This document shows, piece after piece, positions 26,536-41,500 of a stretch of 64,000 nt of DNA (positions are counted from its first letter, which is position 1; the number at the start of each line of letters is the position of its first letter). The notes below the pieces were generated by a model, which was not told where the DNA came from, did no database searches, and was given only the letters and a program-made list of their open reading frames with translations. The stretch is taken from positions 15,546,998-15,610,997 of the forward strand of contig CM082578.2 of assembly GCA_040954595.2 (NCBI GenBank), written 5' to 3'. Origin of the DNA: Balanoglossus misakiensis (lineage: Eukaryota; Animalia; Hemichordata). The position numbers and the translations under genes are program-made.

Positions 26536-29500
26536 CTTTGCGAAATATCAAAATTTCTTCATTTTTTTGAAAAAACCATGGGTTAAAGCTCATGAAAATC
26601 ATCCGAAAATGACAATTTTTCGACTTTGCGAAATATCAAAATTTCTTCACTTTAAAAAAAAAAACCATGGGTTATAGCTCAGGAAAATCATCAAAAAATG
26701 ACAATTTTTCGACTTTGCGGAATTTCAAAATTTCGTCGATTTTTGAAAAAATCATGGGTTATAGCTCAGGAAAATCATCAGAAAATGACAATTTTTCGAC
26801 TTTGCGGAATTTCAAAATTTCGTCGATTTTTGAAAAAATCATGGGTTATAGCTCAGGAAAATGATCAGAAAATGACAATTTTTCGACTTTGCGGAATTTC
26901 AAAATTTCGTCGATTTTTGAAAAAATCATGGGTTATAGCTCAGGAAAATCATCAGAAAATGACAATTTTTCGACTTTGCGGAATTTCAAAATTTCGTCGA
27001 TTTTTGAAAAAATCATGGGTTATAGCTCAGGAAAATCATCAGAAAATGACAATTTTTCGACTTTGCGGAATTTCAAAATTTCTTCATTTTTTTGAAAAAT
27101 CCATGGGTTATAGCTCATGAAAATCATCCGAAAATGACAATTTTTCGACTTTGCGAAATATCAAAATTTCTTCATTTTTGTTAAAAAACCATGGGTTATA
27201 GCTCAGGAAAATCATCAGAAAATGACAATTTTTCGACTTTGCGGAATTTCAAAATTTCGTCGATTTTTGAAAAAAATCATGGGTTATAGCTCAGGAAAAT
27301 CATCAGAAAATGACAATTTTTCGACTTTGCGGAATTTCAAAATTTCGTCGATTTTTGAAAAAATCATGGGTTATAGCTCAGGAAAATCATCAGAAAATGA
27401 CAATTTTTCGACTTTGCGGAATTTCAAAATTTCGTCGATTTTTGAAAAAATCATGGGTTATAGCTCAGGAAAATCATCAGAAAATGACAATTTTTCGACT
27501 TTGCGGAATTTCAAAATTTCGCCGATTTTTGAAAAAATCATGGGTTATAGCTCAGGAAAATCATCAGAAAATGACAATTTTTCGACTTTGCGGAATTTCA
27601 AAATTTCGTCGATTTTTGAAAAAATCATGGGTTATAGCTCAGGAAAATCATCAGAAAATGACAATTTTTCGACTTTGCGGAATTTCAAAATTTCGTCGAT
27701 TTTTGAAAAAATCATGGGTTATAGCTCAGGAAAATCATCAGAAAATGACAATTTTTCGACTTTGCGGAATTTCAAAATTTCGTCGATTTTTGAAAAAATC
27801 ATGGGTTATAGCTCAGGAAAATCATCAGAAAATGACAATTTTTCGACTTTGCGGAATTTCAAAATTTCGTCGATTTTTGAAAAAATCATAGGTTATAGCT
27901 CAGGAAAATCATCAGAAAATGACAATTTTTCGACTTTGCGGAATTTCAAAATTTCGTCGATTTTTGAAAAAATCATGGGTTATAGCTCAGGAAAATCATC
28001 AGAAAATGACAATTTTTCGACTTTGCGGAATTTCAAAATTTCGTCGATTTTTGAAAAAATCATGGGTTATAGCTCAGGAAAATCATCAGAAAATGACAAT
28101 TTTTCGACTTTGCGGAATTTCAAAATTTCGTCGATTTTTGAAAAAATCATGGGTTATAGCTCAGGAAAATCATCAGAAAATGACAATTTTTCGACTTTGC
28201 GGAATTTCAAAATTTCGTCGATTTTTGAAAAAATCATGGGTTATAGCTCAGGAAAATCATCAGAAAATGACAATTTTTCGACTTTGCGGAATTTCAAAAT
28301 TTCGTCGATTTTTGAAAAAATCATGGGTTATAGCTCAGGAAAATCATCAGAAAATGACAATTTTTCGACTTTGCGGAATTTCAAAATTTCGTCGATTTTT
28401 AAAAAAATCATGGGTTATAGCTCAGGAAAATCATCAGAAAATGACAATTTTTCGACTTTGCGGAATTTCAAAATTTCGTCGATTTTTGAAAAAATCATGG
28501 GTTATAGCTCAGGAAAATCATCAGAAAATGACAATTTTTCGACTTTGCGGAATTTCAAAATTTCGTCGATTTTTGAAAAAATCATGGGTTATAGCTCAGG
28601 AAAATCATCAGAAAATGACAATTTTTCGACTTTGCGGAATTTCAAAATTTCGTCGATTTTTAAAAAAATCATGGGTTATAGCTCAGGAAAATCATCAGAA
28701 AATGACAATTTTTCGACTTTGCGGAATTTCAAAATTTCGTCGATTTTTGAAAAAATCATGGGTTATAGCTCAGGAAAATCATCAGAAAATGACAATTTTT
28801 CGACTTTGCGGAATTTCAAAATTTCGTCGATTTTTGAAAAAATCATGGGTTATAGCTCAGGAAAATCATCAGAAAATGACAATTTTTCGACTTTGCGGAA
28901 TTTCAAAATTTCTTCATTTTTTTGAAAAATCCATGGGTTATAGCTCATGAAAATCATCCGAAAATGACAATTTTTCGACTTTGCGAAATATCAAAATTTC
29001 TTCATTTTTGTTAAAAAACCATGGGTTATAGCTCAGGAAAATCATCAGAAAATGACAATTTTTCGACTTTGCGGAATTTCAAAATTTCGTCGATTTTTGA
29101 AAAAAATCATGGGTTATAGCTCAGGAAAATCATCAGAAAATGACAATTTTTCGACTTTGCGGAATTTCAAAATTTCGTCGATTTTTGAAAAAATCATGGG
29201 TTATAGCTCAGGAAAATCATCAGAAAATGACAATTTTTCGACTTTGCGGAATTTCAAAATTTCGTCGATTTTTGAAAAAATCATGGGTTATAGCTCAGGA
29301 AAATCATCAGAAAATGACAATTTTTCGACTTTGCGGAATTTCAAAATTTCGCCGATTTTTGAAAAAATCATGGGTTATAGCTCAGGAAAATCATCAGAAA
29401 ATGACAATTTTTCGACTTTGCGGAATTTCAAAATTTCGTCGATTTTTGAAAAAATCATGGGTTATAGCTCAGGAAAATCATCAGAAAATGACAATTTTTC

Positions 29501-32500
29501 GACTTTGCGGAATTTCAAAATTTCGTCGATTTTTGAAAAAATCATGGGTTATAGCTCAGGAAAATCATCAGAAAATGACAATTTTTCGACTTTGCGGAAT
29601 TTCAAAATTTCGTCGATTTTTGAAAAAATCATGGGTTATAGCTCAGGAAAATCATCAGAAAATGACAATTTTTCGACTTTGCGGAATTTCAAAATTTCGT
29701 CGATTTTTGAAAAAATCATGGGTTATAGCTCAGGAAAATCATCAGAAAATGACAATTTTTCGACTTTGCGGAATTTCAAAATTTCGTCGATTTTTGAAAA
29801 AATCATGGGTTATAGCTCAGGAAAATCATCAGAAAATGACAATTTTTCGACTTTGCGGAATTTCAAAATTTCGTCGATTTTTGAAAAAATCATGGGTTAT
29901 AGCTCAGGAAAATCATCAGAAAATGACAATTTTTCGACTTTGCGGAATTTCAAAATTTGGTCGATTTTTGAAAAAATCATGGGTTATAGCTCAGGAAAAT
30001 CATCAGAAAATGACAATTTTTCGACTTTGCGGAATTTCAAAATTTCGTCGATTTTTGAAAAAATCATGGGTTATAGCTCAGGAAAATCATCAGAAAATGA
30101 CAATTTTTCGACTTTGCGGAATTTCAAAATTTCGTCGATTTTTAAAAAAATCATGGGTTATAGCTCAGGAAAATCATCAGAAAATGACAATTTTTCGACT
30201 TTGCGGAATTTCAAAATTTCGTCGATTTTTGAAAAAATCATGGGTTATAGCTCAGGAAAATCATCAGAAAATGACAATTTTTCGACTTTGCGGAATTTCA
30301 AAATTTCGTCGATTTTTGAAAAAATCATGGGTTATAGCTCAGGAAAATCATCAGAAAATGACAATTTTTCGACTTTGCGGAATTTCAAAATTTCGTCGAT
30401 TTTTGAAAAAATCATGGGTTATAGCTCAGGAAAATCATCAGAAAATGACAATTTTTCGACTTTGCGGAATTTCAAAATTTCGTCGATTTTTGAAAAAATC
30501 ATGGGTTATAGCTCAGGAAAATCATCAGAAAATGACAATTTTTCGACTTTGCGGAATTTCAAAATTTCGTCGATTTTTGAAAAAATCATGGGTTATAGCT
30601 CAGGAAAATCATCAGAAAATGACAATTTTTCGACTTTGCGGAATTTCAAAATTTCGTCGATTTTTGAAAAAATCATGGGTTATAGCTCAGGAAAATCATC
30701 AGAAAATGACAATTTTTCGACTTTGCGGAATTTCAAAATTTCGTCGATTTTTGAAAAAATCATGGGTTATAGCTCAGGAAAATCATCAGAAAATGACAAT
30801 TTTTCGACTTTGCGGAATTTCAAAATTTCGTCGATTTTTGAAAAAATCATGGGTTATAGCTCAGGAAAATCATCAGAAAATGACAATTTTTCGACTTTGC
30901 GGAATTTCAAAATTTCGTCGATTTTTGAAAAAATCATGGGTTATAGCTCAGGAAAATCATCAGAAAATGACAATTTTTCGACTTTGCGGAATTTCGAAAT
31001 TTCGTCGATTTTTGAAAAAATCATGGGTTATAGCTCAGGAAAATCATCAGAAAATGACAATTTTTCGACTTTGCGGAATTTCGAAATTTCGTCGATTTTT
31101 GAAAAAATCATGGGTTATAGCTCAGGAAAATCATCAGAAAATGACAATTTTTCGACTTTGCGGAATTTCGAAATTTCGTCGATTTTTGAAAAAATCATGG
31201 GTTATAGCTCAGGAAAATCATCAGAAAATGACAATTTTTCGACTTTGCGGAATTTCGAAATTTCGTCGATTTTTGAAAAAATCATGGGTTATAGCTCAGG
31301 AAAATCATCAGAAAATGACAATTTTTCGACTTTGCGGAATTTCGAAATTTCGTCGATTTTTGAAAAAATCATGGGTTATAGCTCAGGAAAATCATCAGAA
31401 AATGACAATTTTTCGACTTTGCGGAATTTCAAAATTTCGTCGATTTTTGAAAAAATCATGGGTTATAGCTCATGAAAATCATCAGAAAATGACAATTTTT
31501 CGACTTTGCGGAATTTCAAAATTTCGTCGATTTTTGAAAAAATCATGGGTTACAGCTCAGGAAAATCATCAGAAAATGACAATTTTTCGACTTTGCGGAA
31601 TTTCAAAATTTCGTCGATTTTTGAAAAAATCATGGGTTATAGCTCAGGAAAATCATCAGAAAATGACAATTTTTCGACTTTGCGGAATTTCAAAATTTCG
31701 TCGATTTTTGAAAAAATCATGGGTTATAGCTCAGGAAAATCATCAGAAAATGACAATTTTTCGACTTTGCGGAATTTCAAAATTTCGTCGATTTTTGAAA
31801 AAATCATGGGTTATAGCTCAGGAAAATCATCAGAAAATGACAATTTTTCGACTTTGCGGAATTTCAAAATTTCGTCGATTTTTGAAAAAATCATGGGTTA
31901 TAGCTCAGGAAAATCATCAGAAAATGACAATTTTTCGACTTTGCGGAATTTCAAAATTTCGTCGATTTTTGAAAAAATCATGGGTTATAGCTCAGGAAAA
32001 TCATCAGAAAATGACAATTTTTCGACTTTGCGGAATATCAAAATTTCGTCGATTTTTGAAAAAATCATGGGTTATAGCTCAGGAAAATCATCAGAAAATG
32101 ACAATTTTTCGACTTTGCGGAATTTCAAAATTTCGTCGATTTTTGAAAAAATCATGGGTTATAGCTCAGGAAAATCATCAGAAAATGACAATTTTTCGAC
32201 TTTGCGGAATTTCAAAATTTCGTCGATTTTTGAAAAAATCATGGGTTATAGCTCAGGAAAATCATCAGAAAATGACAATTTTTCGACTTTGCGGAATTTC
32301 AAAATTTCGTCGATTTTTGAAAAAATCATGGGTTATAGCTCAGGAAAATCATCAGAAAATGACAATTTTTCGACTTTGCGGAATATCAAAATTTCGTCGA
32401 TTTTTGAAAAAATCATGGGTTATAGCTCAGGAAAATCATCAGAAAATGACAATTTTTCGACTTTGCGGAATTTCAAAATTACGTCGATTTTTGAAAAAAA

Positions 32501-35500
32501 TCATGAGTTATAGCTCAGGAAAATCATCAGAAAATGACAATTTTTCGACTTTGCGGAATTTCAAAATTTGGTCGATTTTTGAAAAAATCATGGGTTATAG
32601 CTCAGGAAAATCATCAGAAAATGACAATTTTTCGACTTTGCGGAATTTCGAAATTTCGTCGATTTTTGAAAAAATCATGGTTTATAGCTCAGGAAAATCA
32701 TCAGAAAATGACAATTTTTCGACTTTGCGGAATTTCAAAATTTCGTCGATTTTTGAAAAAATCATGGGTTATAGCTCAGAAAAATCATCAGAAAATGACA
32801 ATTTTTCGACTTTGCGGAATTTCAAAATTTGGTCGATTTTTGAAAAAATCATGGGTTATAGCTCAGGAAAATCATCAGAAAATGACAATTTTTCGACTTT
32901 GCGGAATTTCGAAATTTGGTCGATTTTTGAAAAAATCATGGTTTATAGCTCAGGAAAATCATCAGAAAATGACAATTTTTCGACTTTGCGGAATTTCAAA
33001 ATTTCGTCGATTTTTGAAAAAATCATGGGTTATAGCTCAGAAAAATCATCAGAAAATGACAATTTTTCGACTTTGCGGAATTTCAAAATTTGGTCGATTT
33101 TTGAAAAAATCATGGGTTATAGCTCAGGAAAATCATCAGAAAATGACAATTTTTCGACTTTGCGGAATTTCGAAATTTCGTCGATTTTTGAAAAAATCAT
33201 GGTTTATAGCTCAGGAAAATCATCAGAAAATGACAATTTTTCGACTTTGCGGAATTTCAAAATTTCGTCGATTTTTGAAAAAATCATGGGTTATAGCTCA
33301 GGAAAATCATCAGAAAATGACAATTTTTCGACTTTGCGGAATTTCAAAATTTCGTCAATTTTTGAAAAAATCATGGGTTATAGCTCAGGAAAATCATCAG
33401 AAAATGACAATTTTTCGACTTTGCGGAATTTCAAAATTTCGTCGATTTTTGAAAAAATCATGGGTTATAGCTCAGGAAAATCATCAGAAAATGACAATTT
33501 TTCGACTTTGCGGAATTTCAAAATTTCGTCGATTTTTGAAAAAATCATGGGTTATAGCTCAGGAAAATCATCAGAAAATGACAATTTTTCGACTTTGCGG
33601 AATTTCAAAATTTCGTCGATTTTTGAAAAAATCATGGGTTATAGCTCAGGAAAATCATCAGAAAATGACAATTTTTCGACTTTGCGGAATTTCAAAATTT
33701 CGTCGATTTTTGAAAAAATCATGGGTTATAGCTCAGGAAAATCATCAGAAAATGACAATTTTTCGACTTTGCGGAATTTCAAAATTTCGTCGATTTTTGA
33801 AAAAATCATGGGTTATAGCTCAGGAAAATCATCAGAAAATGACAATTTTTCGACTTTGCGGAATTTCAAAATTTCGTCGATTTTTGAAAAAATCATGGGT
33901 TATAGCTCAGGAAAATCATCAGAAAATGACAATTTTTCGACTTTGCGGAATTTCAAAATTTCGTCGATTTTTGAAAAAAATCATGGGTTATAGCTCAGGA
34001 AAATCATCAGAAAATGACAATTTTTCGACTTTGCGGAATTTCAAAATTTCGTCGATTTTTGAAAAAATCATGGGTTATATAGCTCAGGAAAATCATCAGA
34101 AAATGACAATTTTTCGACTTTGCGGAATTTCAAAATTTCGTCGATTTTTGAAAAAATCATGGGTTATAGCTCAGGAAAATCATCAGAAAATGACAATTTT
34201 TCGACTTTGCGGAATTTCGAAATTTGGTCGATTTTTGAAAAAATCATGGGTTATAGCTCAGGAAAATCATCAGAAAATGACAATTTTTCGACTTTGCGGA
34301 ATTTCAAAATTTCGTCGATTTTTGAAAAAATCATGGGTTATAGCTCAGGAAAATCATCAGAAAATGACAATTTTTCGACTTTGCGGAATTTCAAAATTTC
34401 GTCGATTTTTGAAAAAATCATGGGTTATAGCTCAGGAAAATCATCAGAAAATGACAATTTTTCGACTTTGCGGAATTTCAAAATTTCGTCGATTTTTGAA
34501 AAAAATCATGGGTTATAGCTCATGAAAATCATCAGAAAATGACAATTTTTCGACTTTGCGGAATTTCAAAATTTCGCCGATTTTTGAAAAAATCATGGGT
34601 TATAGCTCAGGAAAATCATCAGAAAATGACAATTTTTCGACTTTGCGGAATTTCAAAATTTCGTCGATTTTTGAAAAAATCATGGGTTATAGCTCAGGAA
34701 AATCATCAGAAAATGACAATTTTTCAACTTTGCGGAATTTCAAAATTTCGTCGATTTTTGAAAAAATCATGGGTTATAGCTCAGGAAAATCATCAGAAAA
34801 TGACAATTTTTCGACTTTGCGGAATTTAAAAATTTCGTCGATTTTTGAAAAAATCATGGGTTATAGCTCAGGAAAATCATCAGAAAATGACAATTTTTCG
34901 ACTTTGCGGAATTTCAAAATTTCGTCGATTTTTGAAAAAATCATGGGTTATAGCTCAGGAAAATCATCAGAAAATGACAATTTTTCGACTTTGCGGAATT
35001 TCGAAATTTGGTCGATTTTTGAAAAAAATCATGGGTTATAGCTCAGGAAAATCATCAGAAAATGACAATTTTTCGACTTTGCGGAATTTCAAAATTTCGT
35101 CGATTTTTGAAAAAATCATGGGTTATAGCTCAGGAAAATCATCAGAAAATGACAATTTTTCGACTTTGCGGAATTTCGAAATTTGGTCGATTTTTGAAAA
35201 AAATCATGGGTTATAGCTCAGGAAAATCATCAGAAAATGACAATTTTTCGACTTTGCGGAATTTCAAAATTTTGTCGATTTTTGAAAAAATCATGGGTTA
35301 TAGCTCAGGAAAATCATCAGAAAATGACAATTTTTCGACTTTGCGGAATTTCAAAATTTCGTCGATTTTTGAAAAAATCATGGGTTATAGCTCATGAAAA
35401 TCATCAGAAAATGACAATTTTTCGACTTTGCGGAATTTCAAAATTTCGTCGATTTTTGAAAAAATCATGGGTTATATAGCTCAGGAAAATCATCAGAAAA

Positions 35501-38500
35501 TGACAATTTTTCGACTTTGCGGAATTTCAAAATTTCGTCGATTTTTGAAAAAATCATGGGTTATAGCTCAGGAAAATCATCAGAAAATGACAATTTTTCG
35601 ACTTTGCGGAATTTCGAAATTTGGTCGATTTTTGAAAAAAATCATGGGTTATAGCTCAGGAAAATCATCAGAAAATGACAATTTTTCGACTTTGCGGAAT
35701 TTCAAAATTTCGTCGATTTTTGAAAAAATCATGGGTTATAGCTCAGGAAAATCATCAGAAAATGACAATTTTTCGACTTTGCGGAATTTCAAAATTTCGT
35801 CGATTTTTGAAAAAATCATGGGTTATAGCTCATGAAAATCATCAGAAAATGACAATTTTTCGACTTTGCGGAATTTCAAAATTTCGTCGATTTTTGAAAA
35901 AAATCATGGGTTATAGCTCATGAAAATCATCAGAAAATGACAATTTTTCGACTTTGCGGAATTTCAAAATTTCGCCGATTTTTGAAAAAATCATGGGTTA
36001 TAGCTCAGGAAAATCATCAGAAAATGACAATTTTTCGACTTTGCGGAATTTCAAAATTTCGCCGATTTTTGAAAAAATCATGGGTTATAGCTCAGGAAAA
36101 TCATCAGAAAATGACAATTTTTCGACTTTGCGGAATTTCAAAATTTCGTCGATTTTTGAAAAAATCATGGGTTATAGCTCAGGAAAATCATCAGAAAATG
36201 ACAATTTTTCGACTTTGCGGAATTTCAAAATTTCGTCGATTTTTGAAAAAATCATGGGTTATAGCTCAGGAAAATCATCAGAAAATGACAATTTTTCGAC
36301 TTTGCGGAATTTCAAAATTTCGTCGATTTTTGAAAAAATCATGGGTTATAGCTCAGGAAAATCATCAGAAAATGACAATTTTTCGACTTTGCGGAATTTC
36401 AAAATTTCGTCGATTTTTGAAAAAATCATGGGTTATAGCTCAGGAAAATCATCAGAAAATGACAATTTTTCGACTTTGCGGAATTTCGAAATTTGGTCGA
36501 TTTTTGAAAAAAATCATGGGTTATAGCTCAGGAAAATCATCAGAAAATGACAATTTTTCGACTTTGCGGAATTTCAAAATTTCGTCGATTTTTGAAAAAA
36601 TCATTGGTTATAGCTCAGGAAAATCATCAGAAAATGACAATTTTTCGACTTTGCGGAATTTCGAAATTTCGTCGATTTTTGAAAAAATCATGGTTTATAG
36701 CTCAGGAAAATCATCAGAAAATGACAATTTTTCGACTTTGGGGAATTTCGAAATTTGGTCGATTTTTGAAAAAATCATGGGTTATAGCTCATGAAAATCA
36801 TCAGAAAATGACAATTTTTCGACTTTGCGGAATTTCGAAATTTGGTCGATTTTTGAAAAAATCATGGGTTATAGCTCATGAAAATCATCAGAAAATGACA
36901 ATTTTTCGACTTTGCGGAATTTCGAAATTTGGTCGATTTTTGAAAAAATCATGGGTTATAGCTCATGAAAATCATCAGAAAACGACAATTTTTCGACTTT
37001 GCGGAATTTCAAAATTTCGTCGATTTTTGAAAAAATCATGGGTTACAGCTCAGGAAAATCATCAGAAAATGACAATTTTTCGACTTTGCGGAATTTCAAA
37101 ATTTGGTCGATTTTTGAAAAAGTCATGGGTTACAGCTCAGGAAAATCATCAGAAAATGACAATTTTTCGACTTTGCGGAATTTCAAAATTTGGTCGATTT
37201 TTGAAAAAGTCATGGGTTATAGCTCAGGAAAATCATCAGAAAATGACAATTTTTCGACTTTGCGGAATTTCAAAATTTGGTCGACTTTTGAAAAAGTCAT
37301 GGGTTATAGCTCATGAAAATCATCAGAAAATGACAATTTTTCGACTTTGCGGAATTTCAAAATTTCGTCGATTTTTGAAAAAATCATGGGTTATAGCTCA
37401 GGAAAATCATCAGAAAATGACAATTTTTCGACTTTGCGGAATTTCAAAATTTCGTCGATTTTTGAAAAAATCATGGGTTATAGCTCAGGAAAATCATCAG
37501 AAAATGACAATTTTTCGACTTTGCGGAATTTCAAAATTTCGTCGATTTTTGAAAAAAATCATGGGTTATAGCTCAGGAAAATCATCAGAAAATGACAATT
37601 TTTCGACTTTGCGGAATTTCAAAATTTCGTCGATTTTTGAAAAAATCATGGGTTATAGCTCAGGAAAATCATCAGAAAATGACAATTTTTCGACTTTGCG
37701 GAATTTCAAAATTTCGTCGATTTTTGAAAAAACCATGGGTTATAGCTCAGGAAAATCATCAGAAAATGACAATTTTTCGACTTTGCGGAATTTCAAAATT
37801 TCGTCGATTTTTGAAAAAATCATGGGTTATAGCTCAGGAAAATCATCAGAAAATGACAATTTTTCGACTTTGCGGAGTTTCAAAATTTCGTCGATTTTTG
37901 AAAAAATCATGGGTTATAGCTCATGAAAATCATCAGAAAATGACAATTTTTCGACTTTGCGGAATTTCGAAATTTCGTCGATTTTTGAAAAAATCATGGT
38001 TTATAGCTCAGGAAAATCATCAGAAAATGACAATTTTTCGACTTTGGGGAATTTCAAAATTTCGTCGATTTTTGAAAAAATCATGGGTTATAGCTCATGA
38101 AAATCATCAGAAAATGACAATTTTTCGACTTTGCGGAATTTCGAAATTTGGTCGATTTTTGAAAAAATCATGGGTTATAGCTCATGAAAATCATCAGAAA
38201 ATGACAATTTTTCGACTTTGCGGAATTTCGAAATTTGGTCGATTTTTGAAAAAATCATGGGTTATAGCTCATGAAAATCATCAGAAAACGACAATTTTTC
38301 GACTTTGCGGAATTTCAAAATTTCGTCGATTTTTGAAAAAATCATGGGTTACAGCTCAGGAAAATCATCAGAAAATGACAATTTTTCGACTTTGCGGAAT
38401 TTCAAAATTTGGTCGATTTTTGAAAAAGTCATGGTTATAGCTCAGGAAAATCATCAGAAAATGACAATTTTTCGACTTTGCGGAATTTCAAAATTTGGTC

Positions 38501-41500
38501 GACTTTTGAAAAAGTCATGGGTTATAGCTCATGAAAATCATTAGAAAATGACAATTTTTCGACTTTGCGGAATTTCAAAATTTCGTCGATTTTTGAAAAA
38601 ATCATGGGTTATAGCTCAGGAAAATCATCAGAAAATGACAATTTTTCGACTTTGCGGAATTTCAAAATTTCGTCGATTTTTGAAAAAATCACGGGTTATA
38701 GCTCAGGAAAATCATCAGAAAATGACAATTTTTCGACTTTGCGGAATTTCAAAATTTCGTCGATTTTTGAAAAAATCATGGGTTATAGCTCAGGAAAATC
38801 ATCAGAAAATGACAATTTTTCGACTTTGCGGAATTTCAAAATTTCGTCGATTTTTGAAAAAATCATGGGTTATAGCTCAGGAAAATCATCAGAAAATGAC
38901 AATTTTTCGACTTTGCGGAATTTCAAAATTTCGTCGATTTTTGAAAAAATCATGGGTTATAGCTCAGGAAAATCATCAGAAAATGACAATTTTTCGACTT
39001 TGCGGAATTTCAAAATTTCGTCGATTTTTGAAAAAATCATGGGTTATAGCTCAGGAAAATCATCAGAAAATGACAATTTTTCGACTTTGCGGAATTTCAA
39101 AATTTCGTCGATTTTTGAAAAAAATCATGGGTTATAGCTCAGGAAAATCATCAGAAAATGACAATTTTTCGACTTTGCGGAATTTCAAAATTTCGTCGAT
39201 TTTTGAAAAAATCATGGGTTATAGCTCAGGAAAATCATCAGAAAATGACAATTTTTCGACTTTGCGGAATTTCAAAATTTCGTCGATTTTTGAAAAAATC
39301 ATGGGTTATAGCTCATGAAAATCATCAGAAAACGACAATTTTTCGACTTTGCGGAATTTCAAAATTTCGTCGATTTTTGAAAAAATCATGGGTTACAGCT
39401 CAGGAAAATCATCAGAAAATGACAATTTTTCGACTTTGCGGAATTTCAAAATTTGGTCGATTTTTGAAAAAGTCATGGTTATAGCTCAGGAAAATCATCA
39501 GAAAATGACAATTTTTCGACTTTGCGGAATTTCAAAATTTGGTCGACTTTTGAAAAAGTCATGGGTTATAGCTCATGAAAATCATTAGAAAATGACAATT
39601 TTTCGACTTTGCGGAATTTCAAAATTTCGTCGATTTTTGAAAAAATCATGGGTTATAGCTCAGGAAAATCATCAGAAAATGACAATTTTTCGACTTTGCG
39701 GAATTTCAAAATTTCGTCGATTTTTGAAAAAATCACGGGTTATAGCTCAGGAAAATCATCAGAAAATGACAATTTTTCGACTTTGCGGAATTTCAAAATT
39801 TCGTCGATTTTTGAAAAAATCATGGGTTATAGCTCAGGAAAATCATCAGAAAATGACAATTTTTCGACTTTGCGGAATTTCAAAATTTCGTCGATTTTTG
39901 AAAAAATCATGGGTTATAGCTCAGGAAAATCATCAGAAAATGACAATTTTTCGACTTTGCGGAATTTCAAAATTTCGTCGATTTTTGAAAAAAATCATGG
40001 GTTATAGCTCAGGAAAATCATCAGAAAATGACAATTTTTCGACTTTGCGGAATTTCAAAATTTCGTCGATTTTTGAAAAAATCATGGGTTATAGCTCAGG
40101 AAAATCATCAGAAAATGACAATTTTTCGACTTTGCGGAATTTCAAAATTTCGTCGATTTTTGAAAAAATCATGGGTTATAGCTCAGGAAAATCATCAGAA
40201 AATGACAATTTTTCGACTTTGCGGAATTTCAAAATTTCGTCGATTTTTGAAAAAATCATGGGTTATAGCTCAGGAAAATCATCAAAAATTGACAATTTTT
40301 CGACTTTGCGAAATATCAAAATTTCTTAATTTTTTTGAAAAAACCATGGGTTATAGCCCATGAAAATCATCCGAAAATGACAATTTTTCGACTTTGCGAA
40401 ATATCAAAATTTCTTCATTTTTTTGAAAAAACCATGGGTTATAGCCCATGAAAATCATCCGAAAATGACAATTTTTCGACTTTGCGAAATATCAAAATTT
40501 CTTCATTTTTTTGAAAAAACCATGGGTTATAGCTCAGGAAAATCATCAGAAAATGACAATTTTTCGACTTTGCGGAATTTCAAAATTTCGTCGATTTTTG
40601 AAAAAATCATGGGTTATAGCTCAGGAAAATCATCAGAAAATGACAATTTTTAGACTTTGCGGAATATCAAAATTTCGTCGATTTTTGAAAAAATCATTGG
40701 TTATAGCTCAGGAAAATCATCAGAAAATGACAATTTTTCGACTTTGCGGAATTTCAAAATTTCGTCGATTTTTTAAAAAATCATGGGTTATAGCTCAGGA
40801 AAATCATCAGAAAATGACAATTTTTCGACTTTGCGGAATTTCAAAATTTCGTCGATTTTTGAAAAAATCATGGGTTATAGCTCAGGAAAATCATCAGAAA
40901 ATGACAATTTTTCGACTTTGCGGAATTTCAAAATTTCGTCGATTTTTGAAAAAAATCATGGGTTATAGCTCAGGAAAATCATCAGAAAATGACAATTTTT
41001 CGACTTTGCGGAATTTCAAAATTTCGTCGATTTTTGAAAAAATCATGGGTTATAGCTCAGGAAAATCATCAGAAAATGACAATTTTTCGACTTTGCGGAA
41101 TTTCAAAATTTCGTCGATTTTTGAAAAAATCATGGGTTATAGCTCAGGAAAATCATCAGAAAATGACAATTTTTCGACTTTGCGGAATTTCAAAATTTCG
41201 CCGATTTTTGAAAAAATCATGGGTTATAGCTCAGGAAAATCATCAGAAAATGACAATTTTTCGACTTTGCGGAATTTCAAAATTTCGTCGATTTTTGAAA
41301 AAATCATGGGTTATAGCTCAGGAAAATCATCAGAAAATGACAATTTTTCGACTTTGCGGAATTTCAAAATTTCGTCGATTTTTGAAAAAATCATGGGTTA
41401 TAGCTCAGGAAAATCATCAGAAAATGACAATTTTTCGACTTTGCGGAATTTCAAAATTTCGTCGATTTTTGAAATAATCATGGGTTATAGCTCAGGAAAA

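Larger units (their letters stand above)
21425..26537. repeat. Tandem satellite, 543-545-bp unit, ~9.4 near-identical copies
   Basis: Near-identical short ORFs recur at 21914, 22457, 23000, 23543, 24086, 24631, 25175 and 25719 (period 543-545). Copies differ by a few SNPs and oligo-T length. Confidence 0.97.

Noticed and set aside
21437-26602. Short ORFs repeated in each 543-bp unit (MNKERSDRCG..., MQRTLICTAA...)
   Set aside because: Most have non-ATG starts, the peptide repeats merely reflect the 27-bp DNA modules, and the ends shift with oligo-T length.
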